Of a DNA stretch of 64,000 nt, positions 61,866 through 64,000 are shown in pieces. Below the pieces are notes generated by a model. That model did no database searches. It had not been told where the DNA came from and saw nothing but the letters and a program-made list of their open reading frames with translations. Source of the stretch: Macrostomum lignano (Eukaryota); contig NIVC01001184.1 in NCBI GenBank assembly GCA_002269645.1, positions 1 through 64,000 of the forward strand, in the 5' to 3' direction. The number at the start of each line of letters is the position of its first letter. Within the stretch, counting starts at the first letter, position 1. The position numbers were made by a program, and so were the translations under genes.

Positions 61866-64000
61866 CTGGCAAGCTGTAGAAAGAACTTCCGTCAACTACT
61901 CGTAATATTTAATCTTATTAGACCTACTGACACCTTAAGTGTAACAGATTTACTTGTTCATCAAGTGCCCTACAGGCTAAATCTCAAATTACGCGTTGTA
62001 TACAGCTGTTCAAGTACAAATTTGCTGTCTGATTAGTTTATGTAAATCTATAAAACAAGATTTGTCACTAGACGATTAATTTAACTTCCTCTTGGCCGTC
62101 TTTATAAATTTTAGTAGTTTAGCTCGTATTCTATCACTTCCTGTAGACCTCATTCAGGCACCTCACTTGTCACTATGGAAGTACGCTTGCAATGTACGAG
62201 CGTGTATAAAGTAAGAACTAAAAGAATTAAAGAGGATGCAGAAATTCCGGGAATGATGCAGAAATTCCGGCAATTTCAAAATTGACACCCAAAATTGAAG
62301 CTCATTGTCGAGTTGAAATCCCAGGGAGAAGTGGAAGGACTTAACTGAGTCACTGTCAGTCATGCCATTCTGTCAAAATCCAATACTCTGTCGAGATGAT
62401 GATGGTGGAAAAGACTCTGTCAGAAAATGAAAACAGGATATTGCCAATATTTCAGTTGATGGGTGCAATAAAATTGTGAGCTATTTGAGGCCTCTCAAAA
62501 ATCAGCCTACAGGACACAAGAGCAGGACACCAGTGAACGCCAAATTTGGCAGTTAGCAGTTGATATTTTTGCACTCGAGTGGCATAAGCAATGATTTTTT
62601 TAGCGAAAAGCGACACTAAACGACATGAGATTGGCAGCAGAGTGAAAATTTGAAAAAAAAACTAATTGAAAACGGAATCGTTCGCATCGAGTGGGAACCA
62701 GTTCGAGTGGTGCATTTAAACCAAGCTGACTCGCGGTCCTACAAAACCAACTGTAGAAATCGTTGCGATGGACCATAGACGTAAGTTGTGATGAAAACAC
62801 TTACGGTTTGCCTAAACAGGTCGTAATATTGCGACAGATGCGGTTTCTCGAAACGTTCTAGGTCTATGGTCTTTTGTAAGGTTGATCTTAAACTCTACGA
62901 CTTTGACCATAGACAGCATATTTTACTTCATGATGAATTGCAAACCGCGTAAGTTGCGAGAACTCTAAAAATTTTCTTCGAGAAACAGCTTTACCACCCG
63001 TCTTACGCTAAGCGCAAAGTTCTGACTTACGACGGCACATACCATAGAACTTACACTAGGCTCGTTGTTTCGAAAAAGACCCCCTGATTGCTACCGTAAA
63101 AACCTAATAGCGTATAGCTAATAGTAAATAATCCATAAAAACACAGCTATTTACATCATGCAGATCGCGGTCAGCAGGCTATTCAAATAGTCAATGTGTC
63201 AATCACGATTCTGGCAGCTGTTTACTCAAGGAACGGTCCATTTGCAACAAGTTAGGATGTATCAGTGTGGACATTTGTGGACACTTTCATGGCTTTATTG
63301 CTAATTAGTACAACTGAAAGTTGGCCCCGAGAGTTTTTACTGGGCAATCAGGTAAACGATGCCCACATAATGCATAGTGTTCGGGGCTACACATCCAGCT
63401 AACTGATTGCCATTTAGGACGTCAAGACTCACTAGACACGGCCCTCAACAACCCTCGTCCACTGCAAACCAATCGCAGACCGCCTCGGCCACACTGGTAG
63501 AGCCCTGTCTGCCAGAACGGATGAGAGAGAGGGAGATGGAGGAGGAAATAACAGTCACCAACAGCTATTTAATAATCTGCGGCATGGATGGAAACCGGAG
63601 CAGAGCTCAGAAGAAAAATTTGGTTTTCCTACGAGCGTACATCAACGAACTATCGTGTCCTGTTTTAGTCGTTTTCTCGATTTTAATCCGTCACTCTCTG
63701 CCCCTATCTCTGGTATTAGTCGCATTACCAATTAGTTCGTTCGACAGCTTGCGCGTGAAAAAAAACGTTCAGCATCAGAGGCGTCGCGTCCTGAGCTCCT
63801 CGCCCAGTATAAAACTGCTTCGACGGCTCTATCCAAAAAAGCCAAAAACACTCGCTCCGAGTGATCGACGCATTGCTGTTGCTGTCTGGTTCAGAGGAGA
63901 CAACTCGCACACTGCCAGGAGCAGGCGCATTTTCTGTAGGCTTGCACACTGTTTGCAGTTTTCTGCCCTGCACTCGAATCCAGAGTCAAGTCGGCACTTC

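Overview
Animal (invertebrate) genomic DNA, not prokaryotic: it has spliceosomal GT-AG introns, GC-rich exons with polyQ/polyG tracts and minisatellite-filled introns. The style resembles the flatworm Macrostomum, but the host cannot be established from sequence alone. The left half holds three host genes: a 7-exon DUF4062-NACHT-WD40 (NWD-type STAND) gene at 1864-10591, a secreted PAN/apple + LamG-like gene at 12117-13154, and kinesin light chain at 24964-29743. Satellites and TIR elements lie among them. The right half is a nested transposon cluster. It includes a young 5'-truncated I-group LINE (35964-39657, 12-bp TSD) and an end-to-end 11,006-bp Maverick/Polinton (adintovirus-like) element (45623-56628, AGTAGTAG termini, ~180-bp TIRs, 6-bp TSD CATTGG). 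The Maverick carries integrase, minor and major capsid, adenain-type protease and packaging ATPase, but only a deleted, decayed remnant of its DNA polymerase. The standout features are a divergent TBP-like gene and a PC4-like gene at its left end, a recurring CTATAAGAA motif upstream of morphogenesis-block genes (a candidate element-encoded transcription module), and a 96-bp spliceosomal intron in the integrase. Frameshifts across host and TE genes are almost all -1 losses in short homopolymers, probably long-read consensus errors. I saw no rRNA, tRNA or CRISPR array. All protein assignments come from motif recognition by eye; no database search was run.
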